Assembly (NCBI RefSeq): GCF_021028975.2
Contig: NC_059427.1
Span: 45,942,001 to 46,006,000, forward strand
From: Sphaerodactylus townsendi
Lineage: Eukaryota
Direction: 5' to 3'
Length of the DNA: 64,000 nt
Shown here: positions 39,900 to 53,190 of the stretch, one piece after another
How the letters are laid out: the number at the start of each line of letters is the position of its first letter
Position numbering within the stretch: position 1 is the stretch's first letter
Position numbers and translations under genes: made by a program
The notes under the pieces: model-generated
Told to the model about the DNA's origin: nothing
What the model saw: the letters and a program-made list of their open reading frames with translations, nothing else
The model's database searches: none

Positions 39900-40560
39900 A
39901 AGAGAAAATGCAGGTTATGATTTTTAAAACGCAGAAATCGTCGCTGAAAAGGCGCTTGATTCTTCGGGAACGGCAGTCTTATAGCCCAAATGGGTGTGTC
40001 AGAAAGTTTGTAGCCCGTTTCTCGCCGACAACCGATTTTGGAGTTTCACGGGCAACGACGCCCACGTCACAATCGGAAAGGGCCCATTGTGCATTATTGA
40101 CGACACGCCGTTCCTAGAGCGGGATCAAAGGCAGAGCGCGCGTTCTTAGGGCGTTCTACAAACCGTTTCGTTCCAGCAGGGGCACCGCTGGGCGCAGGGC
40201 GCGCCGTGCAACTCGCGGGGCTCCGTTGACTTCTCCTCTCCGGTCGCCGACCCGTCCGCTCCATCGGAACAAACTTTACGCATGGCATGTGGCTGCTTTA
40301 GAAAAGCTCTCCGAGGAGCTTTGCAGAAGAGCTTTTGCACTCCAGCCAGCCGCGTCTTGCCTGAAATCGCCCTTGCCCTTTGCAAAGGGGTCCACACCGA
40401 CGACCAGCCCACCTCCCAATCTTTCCCCACAAAAAGACAATTCCAGCGCTAGCGCCCAAGGCAAAGCGACTTTGCAGTGGTTGCCAAGGCAACCGGCGCG
40501 TTCTCTTGCAGCTGATTGGCTGAGGGGCACAAGACTGAAAGGAGCGTGATCCATCCCAGC
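39900..40560 (-). promoter_or_regulatory. CpG island, probable EFCAB12 promoter/exon 1 with RFX X-boxes and a CCAAT box
   Basis: GTTGCCAAGGCAAC 40480-40493; GTTTCACGGGCAAC 40043-40056; ATTGG near 40515. Confidence 0.7.
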
Positions 40561-40789
40561 AAGGCGACAAGTATTCCTGGGTTAAGTATGTTCAATGAGG
40601 AGTCACTCTTGCAATGGCAGTAAGGTGTTGAGGGCCATTGCCGATTCCCTAAAGAAATGTTGGGGAAAATGGCTCGAGGAAGGGAGCGGGGAGAAAATAT
40701 GGCTGAAAGGAGCCAGTGAATAGGAAAGAGAAGGAAGCAGCACAGGCTGGCCAGCCTCCCAGCAGGGGCTGGACATTTCCAGGAATGAT

Positions 40790-41110
40790 ACTTGTTCTCC
40801 AGGTAGCAAAAGGTTTCTCCCATGTGGATCTTTCGATCCTAAACAACCCCCCTCTGACTGAATCTCTTTCTACATTCTAAGCATGTATAAGGGTTCTCCC
40901 CTGAGTTCTTTGACAATATTGAAGAGCACCACTCTGATTGAGTTTCCTTTAACTCTCAGATCATTCAAAAAGTCTCTTCTTTGTGTGATGTGAGTTCTTT
41001 GGAGCCTTGACGAATGCCACTATCACTGAATCTCTTTCCACACTCTGGGCATTCAAAAGGTCTCTCCTTTGTGTCTTTGATGCTGTTGAAGAGTGCATTG
41101 GGTTTTTTAA
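40790..41110 (-). pseudogene. Decayed tandem C2H2 zinc-finger fragment
   Basis: About 84-bp periodic units: KERPFECPECGKRFS, HTKKRLFE*, GENPYTCLECRKRFSQ, TWEKPF; stops and frameshifts. Confidence 0.7.
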
Positions 41111-42700
41111 AATTGTGGTGTCTAATCCTATCCTTAAATGGAGCAACACCATTTTCTAGAAAGGGCAAAGGACTTATTCCCCTGATGGGATTCAAATAAT
41201 TTAACAACAGGTCCCGGTGGTGGGATTCAAATAAATTAACAACTGTTGTTTACAAGCACCATTTTAACAACTGGTTCTGCCGAAGTGGTGTGAACCTGCT
41301 GAATCCCACCACTGCCCCCATCTGGTTCAAGCCCTCTCCCCAGTCACCAACCCGGTACAATGTACCCCGTCCCCCCACCAGCTCCACCTCTGCTATAACC
41401 AAAAGGTTTTTCTCACTTGATTGGAGGGCTGCAACCTTTTCTTGTGTTATTAACAGCTATATGACAGGCAGAAATTCAAGAGCATCAATTTGTTTCAGTC
41501 TACAGACTGGAAAAGATTTCACTTCTTTTATTTTGGTAAGCAGCTGCCAGAGGAACAGGAGCTTAGGCATAAATGAAGGTGGCAACCCTTCATTCACCAG
41601 GTAAAGCTATCAAAGCAAGATAATTATCTAAAGGAGAATGTGGATACTGGCAAAATGACATCATTTCAGTCCTACTTTCTTCTGAGAGTGGATTATCATT
41701 TTTCAGCTAAACCAGGCTGTTTCTGGTTTGCAATTTTATAGGTTTTTTAAGTCATAAAGATAAAAAAGAAAGGCAAAATAAATAATTCTGGTTGGCGAGT
41801 TTGCTACTCAATTGAAATTATACACACCTGTTCTGACCTAGATCTATGGATGCAGCACTTCGGCACACTCCTTTTCCTGCTTTTAATTACATAGGTTGCC
41901 TCATTAATGAGAGACTCATTAATGAGAGAAAATGCCCCTCTACCCTTCATTGAGAAACAGTGCAGTGTAGCTGTTAAGAGTATCAGACTTGTGAGTCCAA
42001 AGTTCCCAGAGTCTCCACTGGACCATGGAAACTCACTTGGGTGACTTTGGGCCAATCTGATTGATTGTCTTGATAAAATATATTTATATTTTATTGCACT
42101 GTGCTTGGCTCTCATCAATAGAAAACTTTATAAGAATCCAGCACAGTTCAATAAAATGTATATTTAATATATTTTAACAGACATCTATCAGACTTCACAA
42201 CCTCTTAGGGTTCCTAGTTTGTTTTTCAGGTTGGGTCTGGATTTTTTTCCCTTTTTATTTCTTTTCTTTGGCTGACTTTGGGCTTATCACACACTGTTAG
42301 CTTAACCTACCCCACAGGATTGTGGTGAGGATAAAACAGGAGAGGACGAAGCTCTATTGGGTCTATGATGGGGAGAAAGGTCAGTTGTAAATGAAGTAAA
42401 TAAAATATATACATTGCAATTTATGCAATTACTTCCTTGTTACAGGACAAGAATAAATTGCATACCAGCGAGACTAAACAAAACTATATCTGCATACTTG
42501 AAGAACTAGAACAATTAAAAAAATTACTCTGAACATATTTTTAAAATGTTTTAACCACCTTTAATTACAATAAGTTCAGACACTGTACTTACTCAAAGTT
42601 ACAAATATACATATGTAAACATTTACATTTATGATATCCAGAGGGACTGTAGAAAGACCAAAACATGAAACACTGAGAAAAGCATTTTTATATAAAGCTA

Positions 42701-42778
42701 TTAACTAAGATTCAGTTTCTCATGGTTTTCCCAAAGCCAAGCGTGATAATCATTTAGTTTATGGTCTTGTGGCTGTAC
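42701..42778 (-). CDS. MBD4: MBD4 exon 8 ([25 protein letters not shown])
   Basis: MBD4 C-terminus; 78 nt. Confidence 0.95.
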   Translation of the reverse strand, partial: VQPQDHKLNDYHAWLWENHEKLNLS

Positions 42779-43633
42779 CTGAAAGGAAATCAAGATATCA
42801 TCAATTTAATTAATAAATACATTTGCATATATGTTTAGAGTAATTAAGCATTCAACTGACATCCATTTTGTAGCTTATGGTTCATACGTACCTGGGAGTA
42901 AGTCCCACTGAACAAAGTTGAATGCTTAGGAGCAAGTTGTAGAGATACTGTAGGATTCTGGTATTGTATTGTAAAGCTTATTCTGTGATTTAGCAAATTC
43001 ATTCAGCAAAACAAAAGACAGGTGCTGCAATAACCAAACTGGTATTCTGTCTCTGGGATATCTGCCCCGCATGCCGTATATCTGCCTTTCCACAGTGGTT
43101 TGTAGAGCAGCACATAACACATGATGCTGCCTTATAGCGAATCAGGCCATTGGTCTAACAATGCCAGTACTGTCTATTCTGATTGACAGCTGCCCTCCGG
43201 GGTCTCAGGCGGAGTTATTTCATGTCATTTGCCACCAAATCCTTTCAACTGGAGATGCCAGGAATTGAACCTGGGGCCTTCTGCATACAAATCTATGCTA
43301 ATAATTTTTAAGGTAAAACTGAATGCATTGCTGATTACTCTGCTTTGGTCTCTTGTCCTACATTCAAAAACATTACATTCAATGCTGCTTCCTCCCCAAT
43401 ACAGAATAGGACAAACTATAGCATCACAGTAAGGATATATGGGATCCCTTTATACGAGTTCTGTTGCTACGAAGTGAACTGTGACTGCAGCTCATGCAGT
43501 ATAAAAGCCAGGTCTAATTACAGCTGCCCTGTGAATAAACTCAGACCACAAACATCTTATTCAACAGGAATTAATGCTAAAATACATTAATCAGCACTTG
43601 ACTCCCATTGTTTTTCACAGACTAGAGACACAT

Positions 43634-43634
<1 letters not shown>

Positions 43635-43700
<66 letters not shown>
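43635..43700. repeat. (AG)33 microsatellite
   Basis: Perfect dinucleotide run. Confidence 0.95.
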
Positions 43701-43703
<3 letters not shown>

Positions 43704-43839
43704 GTGAAGTGCTGCCAAGTCTCTTTCAGTTTATGGCAACCCTATGTATCAATGTCTTCCAAAATGTCTTATCATTAACAGCCTTGCTCAAGTGTAGCAA
43801 ACTGAGGTTCCCTTTCTAGAGGCAAATCATCTCATGTTA

Positions 43840-44040
<201 letters not shown>

Positions 44041-45069
44041 TTACCAAAAGGAGAGGAATGATTTAAGATTGATTGCTTTTACATTTGTAAAGCTCACTTT
44101 TCTGAATACAACAGAGTTTACAGTAGACTTTTTTTTAAAAAAAATGCACACACATTCAAAATGTTGCTAATTACAGGGAAGCACACTGTTAGTATTCTGG
44201 AGAAGCAAAGAAAAATGTATCATAAACTTATAACTGAATTAGCTGAAGTAAATACATCACACACAATCTGGAGTATTTATTTTCTGTGCACTAAGAACAC
44301 AACCACATAGAAATTGCAAAACACAGGGCCATGGTTGCTATTATGAAGTCTCTTCCTATTAATCTCTATTCTATTTAGGGAGTGATCCACAGGTCATGCA
44401 TGTAATTCCCACATACAAGGTGTTGTGGTTTCTTTTACTTTCTCCATATTACTTGTTTTAACATGCTTTAACTTGAATTTCTACATGAATGCTTACATGT
44501 CTGGTCAATTTTATTTTAAGGGTATCAGGGTAAAAATATACATGAGCACCAAACCCCCTTGTTTTTTAAAAAAATATGATGAATACAGGTTTTGGAGATT
44601 ACTTCTGGGTTTAACCCCTCTGAAGCAAACAATGTATAGTTGTACATGGAACATGCATGTCAATTGCAGTCAATCGTAGTCTATACCAGGGGTCTCCCAC
44701 GTTTTTGAGCCTGAGGGTAGCTTTGGAATTGTAACATAGGGTGGTGGGTGCAACCACATCATGGTTGCAACCACATAATGGTTGCACAGAGGGCAGAGCT
44801 AACCCAAAATGCACATACCAAAAATACCACAGGAGGCAGAGCCAACAACAAAATGAACCCGGGAGAGGTGAGGCATAATCCTTAAGCTGATTATTCACTG
44901 GTGCTCTGCCCCACAGTGAGAATAAGTTTCCTCCAAGGGAGAGATTTCTGTACAGATGCAATCCCATGTGTTGCACCAAAGATCCCAGAAGCCCCATGGT
45001 TAGTGAGAGCTGGGAAATCCTGATGTTTTTCCTCACTTTGGGGTTTCTCTCCTTCTGGGTTGCTCCTCC

Positions 45070-45394
45070 ATCCAACACAAGATTATAGATTGCTGGGGGG
45101 GGGGGAGTTGAGCCCTTTCAATATAATATTGATATTCTTTATGTCAATGTTGAGCAGGTTGCTTTCCTTGTTTTTGTTCTTTAGGGAAATGCCGGCTGTT
45201 GATCCCTGCAAGGAGTGGGGGGAGGGAAGACCGTCTCCCCCCTCCCCCTCCTTGCAGGGAACAACAGTTGACATTTCTCTAAATAAACAAAAAAAGAGTA
45301 GCAGCCCATACAATATTGATACAGAGAATATTGATATTACATTTAAAGGGCTCAAAATCCCCTATCCCTGCAACCTTTAACCTTGTGTTGGATG
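45070..45394. mobile_element. Long imperfect palindromic element inside a larger hAT-like repeat (about 44686-45788)
   Basis: CATCCAACACAAG / CTTGTGTTGGATG termini; self-complementary throughout. Confidence 0.7.
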
Positions 45395-46222
45395 GTGGAA
45401 TGATCTGAAAGTGGGGTCAGGCATGTCACGCAGCAGGCAATGGGTCACCTCCTCGCATGTAAACGAAGAAACAGAAGGAGACCCCACTGCAAAGGCACTG
45501 TGGGGCAAGGAGCATCATGGGAAGAACACACATAATGGGCCACGATACTAGTTTTTCAGTATTTCAAGGTAGAAGCTGTTTAACAGGATGCCTTCTGAAA
45601 TGAACGCATTGTTTAAAAATCTTTTCTCGCATATAAATAGCTTATTTTTAGTCACACCATGAAGATCCTTGTAACTTTTTAAAAATCTGCACAGCCAATC
45701 AGAAGCCCTGTTAAGCCCCACCTTGCCATCTAATAAACTTGTTGGGACCAGGGACCACGTGGGTACCACATCTGGGTCCCCTGCCCTGCACTTACAGCTA
45801 GTGAAATATTGTGGCTCATAATGTGAACTAAGAAGACCTTAGGCGCGCGCGCGCACACACACACACACACATGGGTAATAGGGGATAATTTTTTTTGTTT
45901 TGTTGGCATTCTCTCAGCAATCCCTTCCCCTTTCCCAGTGATCCGTTATTTTTATACATTGTTTTTTAGCTCTGGTTTTAGTGATGCGCTTTTGTTGGTT
46001 TTAATGCCTTTTAAGATGCAATTTTACTCTGTTAGATTCCTTGCTGGTTTTATGCAGGCAGACAGGGGGGCTGAAAGTTTTGTAACTAAAGAAATAATTT
46101 TAACTGCTTTATAGGGGTAAAAATAAAGATTAATGATAAAACTTATGCAAAGCACTTGGGGACAACCCACGATAGTGTACATTCTATGTGCTATTAGTAT
46201 TGACTCATGTGGGAGAAAATAC

Positions 46223-46372
46223 CTGAAAATTTGATAATAGTCTTTGCTCTGAGTTCATATAGACCAAGAGGTTTAAGTAGCTCTGACATTTCCTTGCAGT
46301 TGGCAGTTCTTGCTGCTTTAGGTGAAGGATATTTCTGTAAAAAATCCCAAAGAACAGGGATGGCCATCTTAC
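46223..46372 (-). CDS. MBD4: MBD4 exon 6 (GKMAIPVLW...[18 protein letters not shown])
   Basis: 150 nt, phase 1-1. Confidence 0.95.
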
Positions 46373-47208
46373 CTAGGAAGAAGCAGCATGCTGTGAATGG
46401 CAATGTTTGCACTTTTTTTTAAAGTTGACATAAACAAGAGATATTCTAACCAGAGGTATTCAAAGTAGCACATCTTCACGCAATACAGGATTTCTTATAC
46501 AAAAATCACTTTGCATTAATACTGGCGGCAGTGATGGCTTTCTCCAGGTGTACATACAGTGAAACTGACATGTGTTTTTGCCTACAAGCAGGATTAAATG
46601 ACTTCAATTAATTAATCTCACATGGAGCGGTCCCATGATACAAACGTCACGATGCATTTTGCCAACTGAATTTTTAACTAGGTCCCATTATTTCGTAATA
46701 CATTCAATAAATGGTGGCAATGCATCCTCATTTTGTGTATGTTAAAGTAAATATTGGCACTCAACTCCCAGCTGTATAAGAACTACGTGGTGGTGGGGTG
46801 ATCCCACACTACTGGGGAATGTTCAGGAATCAAGTAATTAAGTGAGCACTGAAGCACTCCAAAGGAAATTGAACATAAATGCATTTCATGGATGTCTGAC
46901 AACTCATAGTCTGAGATTATATAACAGGAAAGTGGCCCCAGGTTGTGGTGAGTCTGGCTTTGATCCAACAATGTTGGATGACTTCAACTTGTGGAGTGTG
47001 ACTTCTCACCTTCCCCTACTCCCAACTACAGCCCAAAGTACCCCCCCCCCCATGCTGTTTGTTGGGGTTCCCTGTCAGTCAGGAGCAGAATTTCAGGGGC
47101 TGTGGAGAGGGAGAAAGTCACACTCTGTTGGTACAAATTGTTCCATCTGCAGAAATGCTCTGTTGGATCCAAGTCTCCCTGCATGAGAGAAACAAGGCCC
47201 TGTTTTTA

Positions 47209-47352
<144 letters not shown>

Positions 47353-47869
47353 TCACATACAAGATCAAGAAGAGAAAAAAGTAAACTGTTTATTATTGCA
47401 TGTAAATACAGCATCACAATGTGTATCTGAATTTGGAGATGTGAAGCAATTTACACTGCCTCTTCAGGCTCTAGAGACCGGTATGTTAACAAAGCAGGCT
47501 TCCTAGGTTTCAGTAGCTTAGTAGCTAAGATTCAAAATATGTTTTTTGCTGGCCTCTATTTCCCAAATCTTCCTCTTTTGCTTGCCAATGGGAGTAAAGG
47601 GAAGAAGGGAATTTTCAGAAATGCTGCAGTTATTGATAACCACTTTGAACCCTTTGCTTTCATTTGATAGTGCAAAGGCAATGGGATTCCTCAATGCACT
47701 GCTGATCATTATTAAATTTCAGCAGAAAACACCTCCCAGAATTCATAGTGTCAATTTCTATAATATTGAGTACCTCAGCTTTGGGCTTACAGTTACCAGT
47801 TTTAAAAGGATTCCTTAAGATTCATGCATTATATATTCCCACAGTACTGCATACAGTAATTACAGACAC

Positions 47870-47926
47870 ATGATGGTAATAATACCATCAAATGATGGTA
47901 ATAATACCATCAAATGATGGTAATAA
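47870..47926. repeat. 22-bp palindromic tandem repeat, about 2.6 copies
   Basis: Unit ATGATGGTAATAATACCATCAA. Confidence 0.85.
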
Positions 47927-48241
47927 TTTGCTATACATTGGAATGACTATGGCGATTATCAGTATCATCTACCTAACAAACTCAAGAGTGTACATGACTT
48001 TTCAGGATTATGCTTTATGTCCAATCACTTCACAACTTCCAACCTCACAGGAATGGGAAACTGTTTAGTCCTATTTATTTTTACTTGGAACCAAAATTCA
48101 CTTCGTTCATCAAGGCTTGTTTTTTTTTTAAAAAAAGTACAATCTTCGCCGGAAGTCTGATGGGACTTTGTTTTGAATCAACACTATTGGATGTGAGCCC
48201 TACAAAAATCACATAAGGCTTTTCCATAGGAAGCAAGTTAC

Positions 48242-48316
48242 CTTCTTTGAGGAATCTACTGGAAAAATATGGACTGGTTTTCCTTCTCTCCACTTGAGTT
48301 CTTCGAACTTGGCCCT
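48242..48316 (-). CDS. MBD4: MBD4 exon 4 (RTQVERRKTSPYFSS)
   Basis: 75 nt, phase 1-1. Confidence 0.93.
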
Positions 48317-48788
48317 CTAAATGTTGAAAAATGAAGACAAATGCAAATATATGACTTGTTCCTTGGTGAATTTTGATTATAACACATGCTACTCTATGCT
48401 CTCTTTTAATGAATGCTAAACAATGATAATATTTGAATACGGAGGATACCCTCACATTAAAGTGTGTTGGGAAAGTAAGATTAACTTTCCGCTACAGTGC
48501 AAATACATTTCATAAGCTTACCTAAAACTGGTAAGCTTATGAAAATAATACAGAACACCATACAGTGACCTGACACTAAAGGCCCACTGATAAAATAACA
48601 ACAATATAATCCTCTACAAATCTACCCGAGTCTAAGCCCACTGAAACCCAACAGGCTTAGACTGGAATGTATGGGATTGCTCTATAACAGTACCAAACTT
48701 TGGAGAATAAAGACAGATGCTTAAGATTCCTTTGTACCATCAGTGTTATATATCCCCATTAGAATTAACTTCCATTCACAATACATAC

Positions 48789-49567
48789 CTTTTATTGAGG
48801 TAAAGTGTTTTTCATCACTGGTCTGTGAAACATTAATATTCTCCTTGGGAGCAAATTTAATATCTTGGATTTTTAAAGGCATCCAATTGTTCAGGCTTTC
48901 AGGTTTTGAAGGATTTTTATCAGTAGTTGTAGTCACAAACTCACTGGGACTCTTACCACCTTTTAAAACTTCTGCACCTGACTTGTATTCCAAGATAGGT
49001 ACAACTGGATTAACATGCATCTCCACTGTTGGTTCAGAAATAAGCAGTTCATCCTTCGAGCATAGTTTCTTTCTTCTTGAGTCTAGCCAACACATTTTCT
49101 GATTATTTACACTCTCACCTTTCTTTTGTCTGCTTCTTTTAATACATCCCGTTCCTCGTTTTTGATGTGATGTTTTTCTCCGGCTTTTGTTTTGGCTATC
49201 ATCTAAATTCTTAGTTTCACAGGTCTTTAAAAAACAGTTCTTTGAGTGATCTATCGTGGGCCCATCTTGCAAACAGATAGAAACATTTTGCAACTCCCTT
49301 GCATTAGTTTGCAGTTCCAAAACTTCATTTTTCAGAAATGTTCCATGTCCCCCCTCACTATTTTGCAAACCAAGATTAGAAATCTGGCTTTTTGAGTTGC
49401 AGATCTGTACTCTTGACTCCGTAACAGTTGATCCTTGGATTCTCAATTGTGCACTGTTCTGAACAGGAACATTAAAATCAAAATCCTCTGATTTAAGAAC
49501 AATTTCACCATTCTTTTTAAAGTAATCTGAGAGAGCCCGTTTAGAGCGGAACTTCATTCCTTGAGGA
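48789..49567 (-). CDS. MBD4: MBD4 exon 3 (end of [13 protein letters not shown], plus linker)
   Basis: 779 nt, phase 2-1, open frame. Confidence 0.92.
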
Positions 49568-51414
49568 CTGAGGGGATAACAAAGCATTAACTATTTAGTG
49601 CAATATACACAAATGCTAAAAAAATGTACTTGGGGAAAAAAACAACCAACCAAACAACCAAAGCTCTCTAAAAATATTTAAGTAACATTTGCTACAATAA
49701 GAGGATTACATCCTTTTAAGTCTGTTGAAGTCAACAGGCTTAGCAGGGTATAAATCTGTTTAAGCGGCTTTTTAGTTATCATGTACACTTCAGTAGCTAT
49801 ACCTTTTTCAGCAAAAGGAAACAGCGCGGTTGTGCATTCTTTGGTGTAAGCCTTTGCAATTCCCTTTTAAGGCTAGAGAATTGTATTGAAGTACTGGCCA
49901 CATCCAAACTGTTGCCCTTTGCAGTGGTAAACAAAGCACTTTCGTAAAAGAGCATTTATAGCGTTTTGGATGGCTTACAGCAACATTTCCGCTTTTCCAC
50001 AGTTGTGCCTACCATTTTGTTTCCTGCGGCAGCACACAGTCTACAAAATGGCGGGCACAACTGCAGAAAAGCAAGAGTTGGTATAAGCCATCTGGAGCAT
50101 TTATGAAAGCGCTGTGTTTAACATTGTGAAGAATAATGGTCTTGATGCAGCCGACGCTTCAATACAATTCTCTAGCCTAAAAGAGAATCAGAATGGGAAG
50201 GGAAAGCAAGCCCTAGGACCCCGGAGGCATTCCTCCAAGCAAAAGATGTGATTCCCACATCCCCTGTTGAAAAGGTACAGAAGTGCCAGAATAAATACTT
50301 CAGTAGCTTGCAGTGACTGTAGCATAAACTAATATTATATACATATACAGGTATGTATATATTTATACATAAATATAAATGAATCATAGTGTATCCATCT
50401 TTAATAATTTTGTTGATGCAATATAGTAAAAGTCAGACCTCCCCAAGGAAGAACACTGTACTTGCCAGGAAAAGAGGGGAAGGAAACTCTTCCTTGATCC
50501 AGCTCAAGTATATTTATCCTTCTATCCACTAAAAGCTACACCATGAACCCCTATGACAATCCAGAACTTGCTGCTAGCATACAAAAGATGTTCCGTTCCA
50601 AGAAGCAAGGCCGGGGTGGAAGGAACCACTAAACACAATGTTTATTCTTAATGTACATAAACTTCTCTCAGCTCCAGATTAGGGGAGCAAAATGTGTCTT
50701 CTAAGCAGGAGGACAACACTTTTTATACTTTAGAACAGCTTTTATTTTCCCTGGCTCCAAATAAATGAGGAGAACAAATGCTTTTTAACACAACCCTTCT
50801 AGACCTCAGTAAGTAGGATACATTTAGAGTTGTTGCCAAAGAAGCTAATGGATATAGTTTGAAGCTTTATCCAAAACGAAATATGATCATCTTGGAAAAC
50901 TTAGTACATACTATATGGCTGAATAAATAATGTGAAACAATCCTATGAATATAGTGGATTATAATAATCAGATTCTACAGAGGCCATTTGTACGTGGAGT
51001 GTTAATATGCTATTTTAGCATATTCTTAAATGATACCCATAATGTCAAGTGTTACTTAAGCAAAGATAAAAGAACAAGCTTCAATCTGGACTCAAGAAAC
51101 ATTGCAAATTCTTTCCAAGTGTACACAGTAGATTAGATATTAAAAATGAATATTATATCCATCTATTTCAGGCAATATTTATTTTTTCTGTGCCTCTAAA
51201 TAGCAGCTCAACGGGTAGAGCCCAAGTAGATGAAGTTTTTTGTTGTTAGAAAGATGAAACAATGGGAAAAGCTTCATCTGTTAAACTTTTCCATGCCAGG
51301 TCAGAGCCAGGAAAACTCACATATCAGCAATCCTAAAATTCATGTGCAAGAGATTTCTCTTTTCCTCTTTTTTAAAGTGATACTTTTATTCACATGAAAC
51401 ATTTTCTTACACCT

Positions 51415-51592
51415 ATGGCCTGATCTCAGAAGCTAAGCAGGGTAAGCCCAGGTTTGCATTTGGATGGGAGACCAAGGAATACCAGAGCTGCTATGTGAAG
51501 GAAGGCAACGTTACACCATCTCTGAATGTCTCTTGCCTTGGAAACCCGGGGGGGGGGGGGGGTCACCATAAGTTGGCTGCAACTTGACATCA
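51415..51592 (+). mobile_element. 5S-derived SINE (5S-Sauria-like)
   Basis: GATCTCAGAAGCTAAGCAGGGT...TGGATGGGAGACC plus Sauria-type tail. Confidence 0.72.
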
Positions 51593-51770
51593 ATCAATCA
51601 ATAAACTGGCACACATCAACATTTTCTCACAATAAAATCCAATCAGTTCTAGTCCACAAAACCTTATGCCACAGTAAATCTAATGGGCTATGAGATGCCA
51701 CAAGCCCTGATCTTGCTGCAGGAGACTAACAAAAGTATCCTTCTGGGATATGCAAATCTTGAAATATTAC

Positions 51771-52031
51771 CTGATAAAATAAATGTCATATCTTCCTGCA
51801 GTTTTGCCTGCCTGCCTTTGCTTTATTATCTTTCCCCATCCTTCTGGGACACCTTTGCGGCCGAGAGAATCTGCTAAAGATATAGTTGCTCCATCCTCTT
51901 TGCATTGGACTGGGCTTTTGGCCAGGTTCTCAGAGTGTTCTTCGTTGGGACCAACATATTCTTCTGCTGCTGTCAGTAACTGACCCTTGTCTTTGTTTAC
52001 ATCTTTGGTCGTTTGTGTAGTACTTATATCC
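51771..52031 (-). CDS. MBD4: MBD4 exon 2 (MBD: [26 protein letters not shown])
   Basis: 261 nt, phase 2-2; methyl-CpG-binding domain motif. Confidence 0.92.
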
Positions 52032-52440
52032 CTGAAATAAGATAATAACAAAATTAAGAGGGCCATGTCTCAGTGACAGGACACATGCTTTGCAGGTGTG
52101 AGTTTACATATCCTATCATATCCTGTTAAAAGATCTCAAGACAGCAAAGGTGGGGTAGATCTAAGGTGGCAAGTGTAATGGCAGACATTTCTGACTTTAG
52201 TAGACCCACAGATTTTTTTTGCTTTTTTAATATTGGGGGGGGGGGGGGGCATCCAATGTGCATTTCTCCCTCAGCTGCCTCAGTTTAAGGCAACTTTGTG
52301 CATTTTCAAATGACTCTCCTGTAAAATAGTTCCCAAGTAGCAAATGTATGAGAATTGAGAGTTCCTACTAGTGAGAGCAGGCAACGTGCGCCTAGGGGTT
52401 TATTCCTATGAATAATAACTGAAGAAAGTAACACAATCAA

Positions 52441-52646
52441 TGTATTGTCGAAGGCTTTCATGGCCGGATTCAATTGGTCGTGGTGGGTTTTCCGGGCCGT
52501 GGTCTGGTAGATCTTGTTCCTAACGTTTCACCTGCATCTGTGTGTTTTCTCTCTGTGATACACCTCTGAAGATGCCAGCCACAGATGCAGGTGAAACGTT
52601 AGGAACAAGATCTACCAGATCACGGCCACAGTCTGGAAAACCCACC
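52441..52646. mobile_element. Short palindromic Penelope-derived element with a hammerhead (+ strand 52563-52603)
   Basis: 12-bp TSD TAACACAATCAA (52429-52440, 52647-52658); inverted arms. Confidence 0.82.
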
Positions 52647-53152
52647 TAACACAATCAAAATTGTGGCTGATATACTTCTGTAAAGAACAAAAATTCAGCT
52701 CATACTCCTGGCAGGAGGCCTCTTTTTCATGCTCCCTAGAGCTCAGCGTTTTCCAAGGAAAATGATTGGCAGTAAGCTCCGATCCACCTAAAGACACTGC
52801 AAAGTTAATGCAACTTTAAGCTTCCTGGTGAATGAGACAGACGTGTGAGGTGGAGGAAGGAACACGATCACATCACATTTTTACTACTTCCTCCAGTGTC
52901 TACGGCTCTCCATTTTACCACTACAACAATTTTGTGGGGCATCTCAGGCTTGGAGAGTGATTGACTCCGGTCACCTAATGAATTGCCGGGCTAAAGAAGG
53001 ACTGGAACCCGGGAACCAATCTGACACATTAACCACATCACCACCATCGCGCACGGTAGACAGGGTAATTGACTGGGAGATGGGGAAATGCATAAAGCAC
53101 CCACTGCAAGGTCTCCGCTATAATACCCCCCATCCAGCTGGCAGCTCCCCAC

Positions 53153-53190
53153 CTGCCCTGCAGAGGTCCCGACGCTTCCAGCGCTGACAT
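53153..53190 (-). CDS. MBD4: MBD4 probable exon 1 (MSALEASGPLQGR)
   Basis: A at -3 of the ATG, upstream in-frame stop, AG|GTGGGG donor whose phase fits exon 2; total CDS 1620 nt. Confidence 0.6.

Noticed and set aside
40094-40570. Overlapping ORFs as EFCAB12 coding exon 1
   Set aside because: GC-rich island gives many ORFs; no start or donor could be chosen with confidence
47870-47926. CRISPR-like palindromic repeats
   Set aside because: No spacers, no cas genes, vertebrate intron
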